Below, piece after piece: positions 12,127 through 26,854 of a stretch of 64,000 bases of DNA. The stretch is from Lytechinus pictus. Its lineage: Eukaryota. Location: the NCBI RefSeq assembly GCF_037042905.1, contig NC_087250.1, positions 21,206,001 to 21,270,000 of the forward strand. Direction: 5' to 3'. Made by a program: the position numbers and the translations under genes. The notes below the pieces were generated by a model. That model ran no database searches. It saw only the letters and a list, made by a program, of their open reading frames with translations, and was not told the origin of the DNA. The stretch's first letter is position 1. The number at the start of each line of letters is the position of its first letter.

Positions 12127-15100
12127 TGTTACAACCGATAATGTCGCAGATTGCGACATTATGCCAAGAGCGTCCGACGCATAATGTCGCAGCTATCAAC
12201 GCATAATCTCGTAGTTTTTCTAACGCATAACGTCACATGTCGCAACGCATAATGTCGCAGCAAATTTCTAACGCATAACGTCACATGTCGCAACGCTTAA
12301 TGTCACAGCGGTATTTTCTTCAGGACTCGAGTTACAGATACGATATAAAATATGCTTTCACTAAGTATTTTTAAACACGAGAAAGAGAATTAGGTGATTT
12401 GGAAATCAGGATTACTCTTTGTATGGATATTTATCGGTTTATTGCCTTTTTGTCTACTGCCTTTTCCCCACTATCGCATGGTCTGATATCATTTCGTCTA
12501 CCATTAGTTAGTCAACTATCAACATAGTCCAATAAACATTTCGTCTTATTACCCTCTCGTCTAATAACCAGTTGGTCTAATAGCCGTTTTGTTTATTATC
12601 ATTTAGTCTAATTGTATTTTTTTTCTATTGGTCCAATATCCACTTTGTCCAATATCATTACTTCTATTACCTTTTGGTCTTTATAGCCAATTGGTCTAAT
12701 AACCACTTGAACAACTCTCATTTCGTCGATGTTCCATTTGAACTTCAGTTGGTTCACTATCACTTTGTCTAAACCAATTTCGGCTAACAATCATTTGGTA
12801 TCGTTGCCATGGGTCTAATCACCATCTCGTCCAATCATCATTTCGTCCAATAGGCATATTCATTTCATCTTATAACCATAATGGTCTACTGGCACTAGAC
12901 CTCTACGGTGAATCGATGTATCATTGCCGATTTGTTGCACTCCTGATTTGTGGTTTAGATCAGCTCGCGAGCGCAAAATAAAACCTTTACCATCCGCCGA
13001 CAGGGCATAGGCGGATCAAGGGATAGGCCCGGCTTCCCCTCCCCCGCATAAAAAGGAAGTGGAACGAAATAAAAGGAAAAAGAAGGGGAAAGAGGGTGCC
13101 ATGAGCCTAATTACATCAGGAGGGCTAAAGATATTCGTTCGACCCAACCCATTCGAATTTTTTCAATTTGATATTGCTGATTGACAAAAGTGTATGAATA
13201 TGATTCAAAATCTAACACCGATTTTAGAAATGGTAACTACTGAACTTCTTTTGCCCAAATTGGGAAGATATATCAATGATTTGGAACTATTTTTTTGACT
13301 GGCGGAAGAATTGGGGCTATTTTACTGTTTCAGTTGATGAATTTGATCCCATCATAGTTATCTTCATAAATGGCGATTTATTTTTAAAATGAGCTGGCTA
13401 CGATACCCTTCTCTGGTCAGATATGGAATGTCAGATATATATCATATCCAAAGGTAGTACACATTCGACCCTCTAATTTCACATTTATTTTTTATGAATT
13501 TTTCTTAAGTGCCATTTTAACACACAAGTCTATGGGGAATGTTTTACGCGCGTGAGACCAGAGAGGAGGGAAAATGAGGAAAAATAAGAGGAGACAGAAG
13601 AGTGAATAAAATAGGGTGAGGTGAAGACTTGGAATTTTTTTTTCATGTCTCAAAAGAGGCGCGATAGCTCAGTCGGTAAAGCGGGGTTTCTGATTCCGGT
13701 AACCCGGATTTGATTCCTGATAGGTGCTATAGTGCCCCTTTGTACGGCATAATAGTCATTATGCCTACCAGGTCCCTTGTAGAGGACCTTAAGCCGTCGG
13801 TCCTCTGGTTGCTTGCTTACAAGCATTCATGCTTTCTTAGCAACCAGGTAAAAAAATCACCATGTGATATCTATAGCCTAAAATTTTCGCTCGCGCCTCG
13901 CATCCACATCCAATTCAGAATTTTCATGCATAGTGCTTGAAAAAGTGCTTAAATTTACCCCTTTTTGGACTGGAATATGAAGTATTTTTTGCTCGCGCTT
14001 CGCTCTCGCTTTATATCTTTATGCTTTTTCAGTTCTGATCTGCATTGCAAAGTGTACATCGATAATTATTACTTTTATTGTTTTTACTATTACGAAGTTA
14101 TGTTTATGCATGTGTGTAAAATAAGGTATAATGAAACTAAGTTTTTAGGGGCTGGCCTCACATACAAGCATTGCTTATTTTCGCCAGCCCCTCCGTTTTA
14201 CTATAAAATACAAAAAAAAATAATATAAGGCAGCTTAATGTTATTGATTGGAATACTCCCCAGGGAGTGGAGGATGTGCACACATTGTGTGTGGGAATGG
14301 CTGATTGAATCCGATGACCGGGGTAATAATATATCTGTAAAGCGCTTAGACACGTCGTTCAGATGTATTAAGCGCTAAGTTTATCAAATCTATAGGCCTT
14401 ATTATGTTTTATAAGATGTTATGTTTTGTTATATTCTTTATTTTTATGATATGTTCATTATATACAACATTGTGAAACGGAAAACAGCGAATGAAATAAT
14501 TAAAACATGTATTCAAAATGCCTAAATTCTAGGTGTAAAAAAAAAAAAAATGCGCATTCAAGTTTGTTGAGATACGTAGCTTGTTCTATATATTTATAGC
14601 GTGCTTGAATTGTCCAATTTCAGATCAGAATATCAAAAAAACTTCTGCTCGCATTAATAACATTAATGTAGGAAGATACTTAGTTACCCATCCATTTTAC
14701 GACTTACAAAACTTTAAAAGAGTGTAATGTTCTTAGATCCGAAATCTATTTTTTCGGCTCGCGCTGCCGTCAATTGTTTAGTTATGTAACTCGAGTCCTG
14801 AAGAAAATACCGATGATTGGACCTATTGGTGATTGGACCCATGGCAACGATACCAAATGATTGTTAGCCGAAATGGGTTTACACAAAAAGATAGTGAACC
14901 AACTGAAGTTCGACCAAACGGAACATGGACGAAATGAGAGTAGACCAAGTGGTTATTAGACCAATTGGCTATTAGGCCAAAAGGTAATAGACGTATAATG
15001 ATATTGAAAAAGGGGATGTTGGACCAATTGAAAAAAATACAATTAGACTAAATGATAATAAACAAAACGGCTATTAGACCAACTGGCTATTAGACGAAAT

Positions 15101-15501
15101 GATTATTGGACTATGTTGATAGTTGACTAACTAATGGTAGACGAAATGATATCAGACCATGCGATAGTGGGGAAAAGGCAGTAGACGAAATGACAATAAA
15201 CCGATAAATATCCGTACAAAAAGTAAACCTGATTTCCAAATCACCTAATTCTCTTTCTCGTGTCTTAAAATACTTAGTGAAAGCATATTTTATATCTTAT
15301 CCGTAACTCGAGTCCTGAAGAAAATACCGCTGTGACATTAAGCGTTGCAACATGTGACGTTATGCGTTAGAAAGTTGCTGCGACATTATGCGTTGCGACA
15401 TGTGACGTTATGCGTTAGAAAAACTACGACATTATGCGTTGACTGCGACATTATGCGTTGGTGCGACATTATGCGTTGGTGCGACATTATCGGTTGTAAC
15501 A
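12127..15501. mobile_element. Non-autonomous long-TIR element (Ginger-like termini)
   Basis: TGTTACAACCGATAATGTCGCA at both ends, 5-bp TSD GCAGT, ~700-bp arms (12127-~12825 and ~14825-15501) with subterminal cgcataatgtcgca repeats. Confidence 0.85.
13657..13860 (+). mobile_element. tRNA-derived SINE
   Basis: gatagctcagtcggta A box and degenerate B box, followed by a non-tRNA body. Confidence 0.65.
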
Positions 15502-16253
15502 GCAGTGTTGTATTGAAACATAAATTTACCAGTTCGCGGTAAAATCAGGAAAGGGGGGATGAGGTATGGGACTTTTTTCTATTTATGATTTTTGATTGGT
15601 TTTGCAATCACAAACATAATCTCAACATCTACATATCATTGGTATACTTAATGGGGGAAAACAAGGTAATGAAAAGGTAATAACAACAGTAATAATAACA
15701 ATCATGAAACAAATGAAAAAGAGACTTGACTTCGTAATTCCATTCTAGGATATTCATTGTGGCATGGATAGTCATCAATGTTTTCTAAAATACTGTACAG
15801 TGTTCACTTCATTCAGTTCATCTTTCTTCATTATTTTCCATGAAGAATTATGTTATTGATTGAAATTACTGTCTTCTCATCTAATTTAATTATGTTTACT
15901 CTCATATGCACTGGGGGCTGGATCACTGGCGGATCCAAAGTAATGATCCAAATTTTCAGTGTAAACATGCCAGCCATTTTTACCGAAGTGTGCCCCTCCC
16001 CTTAGAAGCGATTAAGAACCCTTTTTTTGCTAGCAAATTTTTATTGTGACAATAATACCTTAAATGTTAGATGTAACCCCCCTTCTTTATTGCTTGCCAA
16101 GCTTTTTCTCGGGAAAATGTGCCCCCTTTTGGAAGAAACTGAATCCGCCCCTGTGCTTGAATGTCCTTTTAACTCGATTTAGGTCTATTCTTAAGCACTT
16201 GATATAAAAAAGGAGACAAGTTTTACGCAAGAAACGCAAGAGATATTCATTTA

Positions 16254-16779
16254 AGGGATAGTCCAGGCTGTCCATATCGAAAATTTGATTAAAATCGGAT
16301 AACAAATAACGAAGCTATTGAATTTTAAAGATTTTCATCATCTGGTGAAACAATAGGCATGTCTTTATGAATATTCATTACGTGGGCTGATGATGTCATA
16401 TCCCCACTTTTATTCAATCATTTTCTACCAAGAGCTAAAACAATTGGATTGACAACTGATTAAATGCATTACTTATTTATTGCTGCAACTTATTTCATCA
16501 CAATGGAGACATATCATTTACACATGTATGAAATAATGAAATATTTATGATTTCATGTAATAACATTTTAAAAAAAAAAAGTTGGGATGTCACATCATCA
16601 GCCCACCTAACGAATATTTATGACGATGTGCATATAACTGTTTTCACAAAATATTGATAAACTTCAAAATTCAATAACTTCGTCACTTGTTATCCGATTT
16701 TGATGAAATTCTCAGCATTTTGCTCTGTGAATTTTACTCTATTTTTTTAGATATAAATATTTTAGCCCGGACCATCCCT
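16254..16779. mobile_element. TTAA-type MITE (Kolobok-like)
   Basis: AGGGATAGTCCAGGCT / AGCCCGGACCATCCCT ends; TTAA on the right, TTTA on the left. Confidence 0.75.
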
Positions 16780-17669
16780 TTAACATTAGCACTCTCACTG
16801 ACTTTGGCACTGTTATTGGATAGTTCAAACATTAGCGCTAATGTCAGCTTCTGTGCGATCTTGTAATATTAGTCTAACAGCGCTAGCTAGTGATTTGGCT
16901 AACATCCTGCTCCTGTGCGGGCAATACCTCGCTAACAGTGCTATGAGCGACAAGTGCTCTGTTTAATAGCGCTAACTGCGACCTTTCGCAAACCTCACGG
17001 ACGCTAATATTAGAGTCCTCTAACACTAAAGTTGACGCTTAATCATACACTTGATTTTTAAGATTGATTGTACATTATAGTCAATAGAATCAAACGTAGA
17101 AAACTGCTCTACAATCATTGCTAAGCTTTGTGTTACAGAGGGGGGGGGGGGGGGGGGTTACAGGCCCTACATATCTGCTTTTCGTGTGCAAAATTCTTTC
17201 CCGCGACACCCGCACCATACATGCATGTACATTACGACTGATAGTCATCATCGTATAGATTATGACATATGGATAAGAAAGTGGTTTTTCGAACAAATCG
17301 AGTACATATTAAGTGAGGAATGAAGTTACTGAATTAACCAATGAAGTTACTGAATTAAGGCTTATATATAGATCATTACAGTCCATCGAATCGATATTGC
17401 ATTTAATGTGGATTATTGGTGGATGACTGGCAATTGATTCCATGGGTCAGATCACCTCTCCAGCCGAAACCGTTTCGCATGCGTTGATATGTGCACGGCA
17501 TATAGGCAATAGGCCTAAACATATATACGTCTGAATACAAGCCAAATTTGCGGGGTTTTTTCTTTTGCTTACTCCTCCTACACAAACGATATGCCCCTAT
17601 GTCTCTAGCACCCAATGTAATGGGCATTACGTTTTACTTTCCCCAGAAATTGGGGATTAGATTCAAATT

Positions 17670-17969
17670 CCCGGGGGGACCACTTCCATTGATAAGTTGA
17701 TACCAGGCGCGACCATGGGGTTTCGAAAATCACCCTAAACAAGGGAAGCAAGTCTTTTCAAGATTATGAAAATGCATCTCTTAACAAGTATTAAGCTTGT
17801 AAAACCCTACAAGTATTGGAAATATACCCCCCTTTTCAGTATTTCAAACATCGTTTTTGGCACCCTTATTACGTTACATATGCCTATACGTAACGTACTA
17901 ACCCACTCTTTCCCTTTTTACGCGTGGTCGCGCCTGGTATCCACTCTTCAATGGAAGTGGGCCCCCGGG
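17670..17969. mobile_element. MITE with CCCGGGG termini
   Basis: TIR cccggggg..ccacttccattga / tcaatggaagtgggcccccggg; no matching TSD seen. Confidence 0.65.
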
Positions 17970-18421
17970 CGGCCTCTCAAGCTCTGGGTGGAATCAAATG
18001 TGGCTCTGGAAAGTCGTTCTAAATCGGATATATCGCTGTTACCATAGTAGCAACCAGAATTTTGCACACGGAACGCAGATTGAATGTTTCCGTTCAAAAT
18101 GCGAAACGATAAAATCTCATGTCACACAATTTGCATTGCAGGACAGAGTTTTACGACCATGACGACGGGCCCAAAAGTCTCTTCCAAAATCAACTACCGT
18201 TGTAAATAGCCGTTTGAGTTCTCGAACGAAAGGTCGGGAACAACGTTTCTGCGCGGCCGATACTTTATCATCAATGGATTATATTCTACTGCTGTTATCT
18301 TAAACGATTATCGATTAATATAATGTGATTTGGTATAACAAAAGAAAGCAAATATTTATGAAATACAACATGATGGATTATATGAATTTATTTCTCTAGC
18401 AATTATCTAGCATTAGAATAC

Positions 18422-19992
18422 CTTTTGTTTCAGTTCTCTTGGAAGATTTCGCATCCCAACTACAGTATACACTGTTGGCGATTGCAAAAGCATATTTTGT
18501 GACGTCACACACCTTCGAACCAAGGATGACACATTCCCATCGCTAACCCCAGACTCTGATGAACAGTCTAAGAGAATACGATAACGCTCACTCTCGGATA
18601 AATAACTAGTTGTCAGAAGCGTCTCCATTATTCGAATACAGAGACTGTTCTTTGTGCCAGCAGCAAAACGAATGAGATTTTCATAATCGCCAACATTTCT
18701 TTTAATCTTTCGCAACACTTGGTCTAACTTAGAAATCTTCAAATTCAGCTTGAAACGACTTGTTTTATGAGCTAGGAACTTCCCGGCTGCATGTTCTTGG
18801 GCAAGTTTGTGATAAAATTCTATAGTAGTAGAATAGGTTTCGTTAGTTTGAGGAAGGTGTTCGCTTGATAAAGTTGTCTTGGATACTATCCCTAACTGAC
18901 ATGCCTTATCGAGGACAGATGGAATCTTCTGAAAATCACGAGGGGTAAATACCAACTTCTTAGAATCAGCAAGTAGACCAGTGAGAGCAACTTTGCCCAG
19001 TTTGTGGATTACTGCGTCTAGGGTTTCAGGTGTGAATACCCCACCGGTCCGTTCATTTGCGTGGTGGCTTAGAAATACGTTTACTTTGTCGAGTAATGCT
19101 GTTTGAGTTGAAGTCTCACTGTTAAGACGATCTACAGACCATAAGTGACATACCATGAGGCAGAATAGTGGTGTTTTTACTAGTTCCTCTATCAGTGGAT
19201 TTGTCTCGAGGTAAAACTTCAGACCATCTGCTTTCATTGGTTTCTGAATCCGGGAAGAAAAGAACCTGTCAATGTAATTACATGAGCTCTCTTTGGAGAA
19301 TCCTTCGATCTCCATCTTCGTGTATACCCTTGGTAGATCCCCTTGACTGAAAATGTTTTCTAAGTGAGGTCGAGTGGTTACAAGAACTCGACATTGTTGA
19401 AACATTTCCCATCGGAGAATGCTCATGATATTGCTTGAGGAGGAGATACCAGCATACTCATCGAGCCCATCTAGTACAATATGACAGATTCCCTGATGCT
19501 GCCTGATGAAACTTTCAAGCCCCTCTGGCGTCAGATCGTCAACATCACTCAGGAGTTGTGATATGATGGCTTCTCCGATCGATGTACTATGGCTTGTGTT
19601 TCGAAACTTGACAACAAACAGCAGTGGCAAGTCCTCTAATCCTGAGCCATCTTCTCTGTGAACCCAGTCGTGCGCCATCTTAGCAACAGCTGTCGTCTTT
19701 CCTCGTCCAGCGGGAGCCGAAATAAGGATTCGAAATGGAAATTTTCCGTTTACTTTGGCTGAAAATATTTTTCCTGCAGAGCCTTGTAGTATTTCCTTTT
19801 CCTTAATATCTCTCCCACGATTGTCCTTCTTTACCATGGTAACAACGGTGTGCATATCTTCAAACTCTGCATAATCGTCTTTGTCCCAAGGTTTCATTTG
19901 AATTTTACATAGCTGGCTCGAATATTTGTCCTCTAAGATTGTGCGACATTTTCGAACAGTCAGAGATTCCGAAATATTTTCACTGTAGATAT
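18422..19992 (-). CDS. NLR gene, NACHT NTPase exon
   Basis: Walker A APAGRGKTT, Walker B HIVLDGLDE, sensor-1 VLVTTRP, PLF motif and winged-helix EFYHKLAQE. Acceptor ttccag| at 19992 (phase 1); donor CAAAAG|gtattc at 18422 (phase 0). Confidence 0.95.
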
Positions 19993-21542
19993 CTGGAATA
20001 ATAAACAAGGGACTAAAATGAGTTCATCCACTTGCTATCTGACTCCTGGAGAAACATATGAACATAACATAGAGAGGGGACAATTGCTGACTCAAGATAA
20101 GTGGACGTTTTAATTGTATTTAACATGAAGTAAAAACAATACTACAAGTTGAACGAAATTAAAACATGATACATTTATCAAAAAATTGATTAGCCCGTGT
20201 GGAAAGTAATTAGATAAATGTATTTGTTTGTTTCAAGACCTGTTGCATTTATAATACAGAATGTCGGGGGAGATGTAATACATAGGGGCGCATAGTGAGC
20301 GCATCAATAAATCTGTTACATTTTTGGAAAAGATTTCGAAATGTCGTTTGTAATGATTACGAAGATTTGTTAATACTTAACGTGCTATAGTCTACTTCAT
20401 CAGAAATCACGAAAATTGCGCCATTATTGTAAAGGTAATGTATTCCAGAACACCGGCTGTTTTGCCAAAGATGTAAAAAAAAAAAAACGGCTATGGCCAA
20501 AATCGGAAACAAAATTATAGAATGAAAGCAACTGGCTGAATTGAATGCTCCCAGGCAAAATGTGTTTGTAGCTCGTTGCATGCATGACAATGTGATATAT
20601 AATATGTACTGATTAGGGTTTATAGGCATCAATTTTCTATGTCCGATTGATGAAAAGGTATGCGCAAGAAGATTACCTTTTCGATTGAGAACCTGAAAAT
20701 ACATTTCGATAAATATACACTAGAAGAACTAGAAGACAGGCTAAATCTAAGTATCAGTCATGACGGTTTCTGAATCAATTATTTTTCATCCCAATAGCCG
20801 TTGATTTTTTTTTGGGGGGGATGGGGGCTGCTCCCTCCTCAGCCCTCCCCCATCCATATCATGTACAGGCACTCTGATATATTTGAAGGTAGTATTATTG
20901 AATATAATTTGTAACTGTTGTTAGGGATTGCCAAGCAGCCAAGCTAAGCTCATAGTTGCAACACCTACATGGTTGTTAAAGCGTTACGTCATAAATACAA
21001 CTTGGTTATCTCTTTTGAATCACAAATATTGTGTTATGTACTGTTTTCAATGCTTTTTTATATGAAAAATATGCAGAAATCAATTAAATGAAACGAAATG
21101 AATTGCTACCAAAATAAATATTTTATTCCGTATTATATGTTCCTTTTCAGAATTGAAATCGATGGGACTCTCGTTATAAAGAGGTTAATGATACTTTAGT
21201 TGAATCGATATCCGTTGTCAGTAATTACGTGTCATACTCAGTAAGATTTTGATGGAAATTAACATGTTTAGCAAAGCAAGGAGCAGATAAAATATTATAA
21301 TTATTATAATACTTTTAGCACCAATCTAACGATAATTTTAAATGAATGTAAATATATATATAAGGTAAACCATGCGTTAATTCATAGATGGTCTCATAAA
21401 ACATGTAAAAATGGAAATAGGTATAGATGAAATTCAGTACGGGTATGTAATTTTGTCTGTATTTATTGGGGATATATTTCATGATGATGAAAATATCCTA
21501 TTTTTATTTTGTCATTTTATTTTTTCTAAATTAAATGAAACG

Positions 21543-24500
21543 TATGAGGCGCCGAATGTACCAATATTATATAGAACAATTATTTGTTATATAATCATTA
21601 TTTATTAAATAATAACTATTATTTATATATAATTTACATTTTATTTGTAAATAACTACTATCATGTAAAATATCATTTCTAATTATTTATATATAATTCC
21701 AAGTAATACTTCATTCTTTGTAAATAATAATAGTTCGACATTCCATTATTTATAAATAATGATTATTTGTTTTTCATTATTTATAAATAATGATTATTTG
21801 TTTTTCATTATTTATAAATAATGATTATTTGTTTTTCATTATTTACAAATAATGATTATTTGTTTTTCATTATTTATAAATAATGATTATTTGTTTTTCA
21901 TTATTTATAAATAATGATTATTTGTTTTTCATTATTTACAAATAATGATTATTTGTTTTTCATTATTTATAAATAATGATTTTTTTTTTCATTATTTATA
22001 AATAATGATTATTTGTTTTTCATTATTTATAAATAATGATTATTTGTTTTTCATTATTTACAAATAATGATTATTTATTTTTCATTATTTATAAATAATT
22101 TGTTGAGTTTTCCATTATTTATAAATAATGATTATTTGTTAAATAATGAAAACGTCTACTTCATTTTTTATAAATAATTTTTTCGAGTGCACCATTATTC
22201 TCATTATTTATAAATAATCATTATTTAATGTTCGAGTTTTCCATTATTTATAAATAAAGATTATTTGTTAAATAATGAAATATCTACTTCATTATTTATA
22301 AATAATAATTTTGTTTCAATATCCCATTATTTATAAATAATCATTATTTATAAACAATTTTTACAGTTTGCCATTATATACAAATAATCATTATTTATAT
22401 ACAAATAACCATTATTTATTAAATAATGCCATTATTTATTAAATAATGCCATTATTTATTAAATAATGCCATTATTTATTAAATAATGCCATTATTTATT
22501 AAATAATGGAAAACTCGCTATAACATGCAAATGTAGGACCGCCCATGATATGAATATTCATGATGCGATTTCCTTTTTCGTGATTTTTCTTCACAAATTT
22601 TTGTCCATTTCCTCTTCATAATGACATTTTTTGAAGCAATTTTCTAGGGATATGGTCTGATTGTAATATTCTTCATTTTCTATATAACTTCGTCTTCGTA
22701 GAAATATCAAAAAGTGTAATTTTATACGATTTTTCCTACAGTTCACAATCCCCATAGGCGCGCGTGTATCGTAGGACAACCGGTGAATCGACGGAGTGCT
22801 CTTCATCGAAATACTACGTTGGTTGGTCCCCGGAAGTGGCGGGCGGAATTTAGCCCGAATCCTCGATGGAAGTCGATCAAGTGCATATGAGCTGAGAGAG
22901 TGAAATATCAGTGTACTTGTACAGGCCCTTCTACTTTTTATAAATATTTCTTGTTGCTTTTTTTGTTAAGTTAATTTTTCCTGGTGTAGAGATAAGTTTC
23001 AGTTCTAATAATGCACTTCAAATACATTTTGGAGTGTCTGTTTGAGGCGTTTGGGGCGATTTCACCCTGGCCCCAAAATGCTCGCAACGACAATAAGGGG
23101 GCATGATGACCCCTAAATTTTTAAAAACTTTTTTTTCTATTGAAAATTATCACAAAATTCACCAAAAGTGTGCACGAAAGCCTTTGTATTTCACTTTTAA
23201 AACTCCAAAAAGTGCCCAAATGACAAGCTTGGTCGCTTCGCTGTGTCGCTTTCAACTTGAGAAAGTTTACGCATCTGCTCCCCCCCCCCCTCCTCTGAAA
23301 GAAATTCTGTATACGGCCATGCTCTAAAGAGCCTGGCACATTGATTTATGTATACTTCATTTTCATTATTTTTATCTCATTATCATCATGGCCTTACGCA
23401 TATTTTTTTCCGGGGGGGGGGGGGGGTGGGGGGAGCAGGACGCGCGTAAACTTTCTCATAAAAATCTTGAAAAAGCGAAGCGACCAAGCTTGTCATTTGA
23501 GCTTGGTCGCGTCGCTGTCTCGCTTTCAAGATTTTTTTGAGAAACTTTACGCGCGTCCTAGCTGCTACCCCCCCCTCCCCCCCCCCCCCGGTAAAAATTC
23601 TGTGTAAGGCCATGATGATGTGATAAAAATAATGAAAATGAAAAGTACATATAAATCAATGTGCCATATGCTCTTTTGAGCATGGCCGTTCACAGAATTT
23701 CTTTCGGGGGGTGGGGGCAGACGCGCGTAAACGTTCTCAAGTTGAAAGCGAGACAGCGAAGCGACCAAGCTTGTCATTTGGGCACTTTTTGGAGTTTTAA
23801 AAGTGAAATACAAAGGCTTTCGTGCACACTTTTGGTGAATTTTGTGATAATTTTCAATAGAAAAAAAAGTTTTTAAAAATTTAGGGGTCATCATGCCCCC
23901 GTATTGTCGTTGCGAGCATTTTGGGGCCAGGGTGAAATCGCCCCAAACGCCTCAAACAGACACTCCAAAATGTATTTGAAGTGCATTATTAGAACTGAAA
24001 CTTATCTCTACACCAGGAAAAATTAACTTAACAAAAAAAGCAACAAGAAATATTTATAAAAAGTAGAAGGGCCTGTACAAGTACACTGATATTTCACTCT
24101 CTCAGCTCATATGCACTTGATCGACTTCCATCGAGGATTCGGGCTAAATTCCGCCCGCCACTTTCGGGGACCAACCAACGTAGTATTTCGATGAAGAGCA
24201 CTCCGTCGATTCACCGGTTGTCCCTACGATACACGCGCGCCTATGGGGATTGTGAACTGTAGGAAAAATCGTATAAAATTACACTTTTTGATATTTCTAC
24301 GAAGACGAAGTTATATAGAAAATGAAGAATATTACAATCAGACCATATCCCTAGAAAATTGCTTCAAGAAATGTCATTATGAAGAGGAAATGGACAAAAA
24401 TTTGTGAAGAAAAATCACGAAAAAGAAAATCGCATCATGAATATTCATATCATGGGCGGTCCCACATTTGCATGTTATAGCGAGTTTTCCATTATTTAAT

Positions 24501-25303
24501 AAATAATGGCATTATTGAATAAATAATGGTTATTTGTATATAAATAATGATTATTTGTATATAATGGCAAACTGTAAAAATTGTTTATAAATAATGATTA
24601 TTTATAAATAATGGGATATTGAAACAAAATTATTATTCATAAATAATGAAGTAGATATTTCATTATTTAACAAATAATCTTTATTTATAAATAATGGAAA
24701 ACTCGAACATTGAATAATGATTATTTATAAATAATGAGAATAATGGTGCACTCGAAAAAATTATTTATAAATAATGAAGTAGACGTTTTCGTTATTTAAC
24801 AAATAATCATTATTTATAAATAATGGAAAACTCAACAAATTATTTATAAATAATGAAAAAACAAATAATCATTATTTATAAATAATGGAAAACATTTCAA
24901 ATTATTTATAAATAATGAAAAACAAATAATCATTATTTATAAATAATGAAAAACAAATAATCATTATTTGTAAATAATGAAAAACAAATAATCATTATTT
25001 GTAAATAATGAAAAACAAATAATCATTATTTATAAATAATGAAAAACAAATAATCATTATTTATAAATAATGAAAAACAAATAATCATTATTTATAAATA
25101 ATGGAATGTCGAACTATTATTATTTACAAATAATGAAGTATTACTTGGAATTATATATACATAATTAGAAATGATATTTTATATAATAGTAGTTATTTAC
25201 AAATAAAATGTAAATTATATATAAATAATAGTTATTGTTTAATAAATAATGATTATATAACAAATAATTGTTCTATATAATATTGGTACATTCGGCGCTC
25301 ATA
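21543..25303. mobile_element. 3.76-kb foldback element (IS3EU-like termini)
   Basis: TATGAG...CTCATA ends, 6-bp TSD GAAACG (21537-21542 and 25304-25309). Arms are complementary almost throughout, with a central loop at 23491-23499. Confidence 0.9.
21745..22100 (+). repeat. 31-bp tandem array in the left foldback arm (mirrored at ~24850-25105)
   Basis: Unit ttatttataaataatgattatttgtttttca. A 20-bp array (attatttattaaataatgcc) follows at 22411-22508. Confidence 0.9.
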
Positions 25304-25365
25304 GAAACGTCCCTGAACATCTACAAATAAAGTTCTTAAAGTGAAACCGATTTCAGTCTTCATAC

Positions 25366-25404
25366 CTGATTTGCGTGGTATTGGTTCTTCCGCTTGGTAT
25401 TCAC
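25366..25404 (-). CDS. NLR gene, 39-nt linker exon (EYQAEEPIPRKS)
   Basis: ctatag|GTGAATAC...AAATCAG|gtatg. Phase 1-1 with no stop; joins the death and NACHT exons in frame. Not in the ORF track. Confidence 0.65.
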
Positions 25405-26574
25405 CTATAGACATTAAGAAAATCAACGTTATGCTTAATGGAAATGTTATACTAACTAGTAATCAAAGATATACCTTCTGAAGTAGTTACATGTTTAGAA
25501 TGTTTGAAGAAATATATCACACATGTATATCCGTAGATATCTAACGGTGTAGAAGGTCAGTATGTTAAGGACGAGTTCTTCCTTTTTCCATTTTCATAGC
25601 TACGTTCATGTTTTTAACGTTATGAATTGCAAAAGTAGAAAGTAGTTATGTATCTGTGCAAGGAGGTTAACCTTTTTTGAATAAGAAAAATACTTTGCAA
25701 CAACCCCCCCCAAAAAAAAAAAAAAAAAATATAATGAAATAATGATAATAATATGCATTTATATAGCGCAAAAAGTATTTCTATATATTCTATTGCGCTG
25801 CAAATAAAAATAAATAAATGAATAAATAAAATAAAATGAAATAATAAAGCAAAAATAAAAACAATAACGAAAAACCCTTCTTCAGATGAACATAATCATT
25901 TCGCCATATCGAATTCAGGGGATTTGGGATCTTTAAAGAAGGGCGCTGGTTTGTTTACAAGTACTCGTCCCACCCCCCCCCCAAAAAAAAATACAATAAT
26001 TTGGTAATTATATTTCTCAACATGAATCGATCAAAATTGCAAATTGAAGGCTATTTCGATAATGCAATATTTGAAAAACAAACAAGTCAAAGCGTTTTGC
26101 TCCCAAAGGACGGAGATTTTGATCAAATCCCGACGTGTAATTTCCAGGGAGTGCTTCACCTACCCGAATTCGAATTCGAACCTTTGAGAGAATTGGATCA
26201 GTTCAATTTTTGGGGCTATTTTTCATGGCAAACACCGGTTCTTCAGATCATGCAAAACAGCAGACTTTCAGACTTTGGGACGGTTTTCTCAATTGTTCAA
26301 TTATATATGTATCGGGAACTGTTCTTATCTGATATCCGATCTTCCGCCCCCCCCCCCCTGCAATTCAGAAGGGTCCAACGTCGAAATGCAAAATGTTTCC
26401 AGCGTTCACATTATCATTTTACCATGTTACAACAAAACCAATCAACAACAACAAACTTACCTATCGCCCCAAAACCATGAAAACAGTAAATTGATATTAA
26501 GTAAACAATAACAAATACCGATGGCAAAATAAAGAAATGTTTAACATGGTTAAGTAATGTGAGTGTGTGATTAC

Positions 26575-26854
26575 CTTGGGATATTTTTCCTGCTAATCCA
26601 CCCAGATCTACCTCTTCAAGCTTCCCTGCCAGGATTGATCGTGACTGACTTGGATTGGTTTGTGTCTTATTCCAATCGAATAAAACCTGCATTAAAGCTT
26701 CTTTGTATCTTGATTGATGACTAGCAAGAATTGTCTGACCATTAGTATATGAACCCAAGGCTACGCATAACTCTGAGTAACTGTTGTGAGGTATGTCTTT
26801 GGCAAGACGGGTTATCTCGACCTGTTGTAAAGGTGGTAATGGTTCCATTCTCAT
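26575..26854 (-). CDS. NLR gene, coding exon 1: N-terminal death-fold domain
   Basis: Translation (EITRLAKDI...LCVALG...EALMQVLFDW...LAGKLEEVDLGGLAGKI) has a death-domain helical pattern. Acceptor ttttag precedes 26865; donor CAAG|GTAATC at 26575 (phase 1). An in-frame TAA lies immediately before the ATG. Confidence 0.8.

Noticed and set aside
13657..13730. tRNA genes here and at 28690-28765, 41024-41100 and 56968-57025
   Set aside because: Cloverleafs are incomplete or mispaired and run into SINE bodies or inverted arms, so these are tRNA-derived repeats.
21745..22100. 31-bp repeats as a CRISPR array
   Set aside because: The repeats are head-to-tail with no unique spacers, there are no cas genes, and they are mirrored in the opposite arm of a foldback element.
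26001..26511. Plus-strand ORFs of 159 and 78 aa
   Set aside because: They are intronic and antisense to the NLR, have non-ATG starts, and show no recognisable domain.
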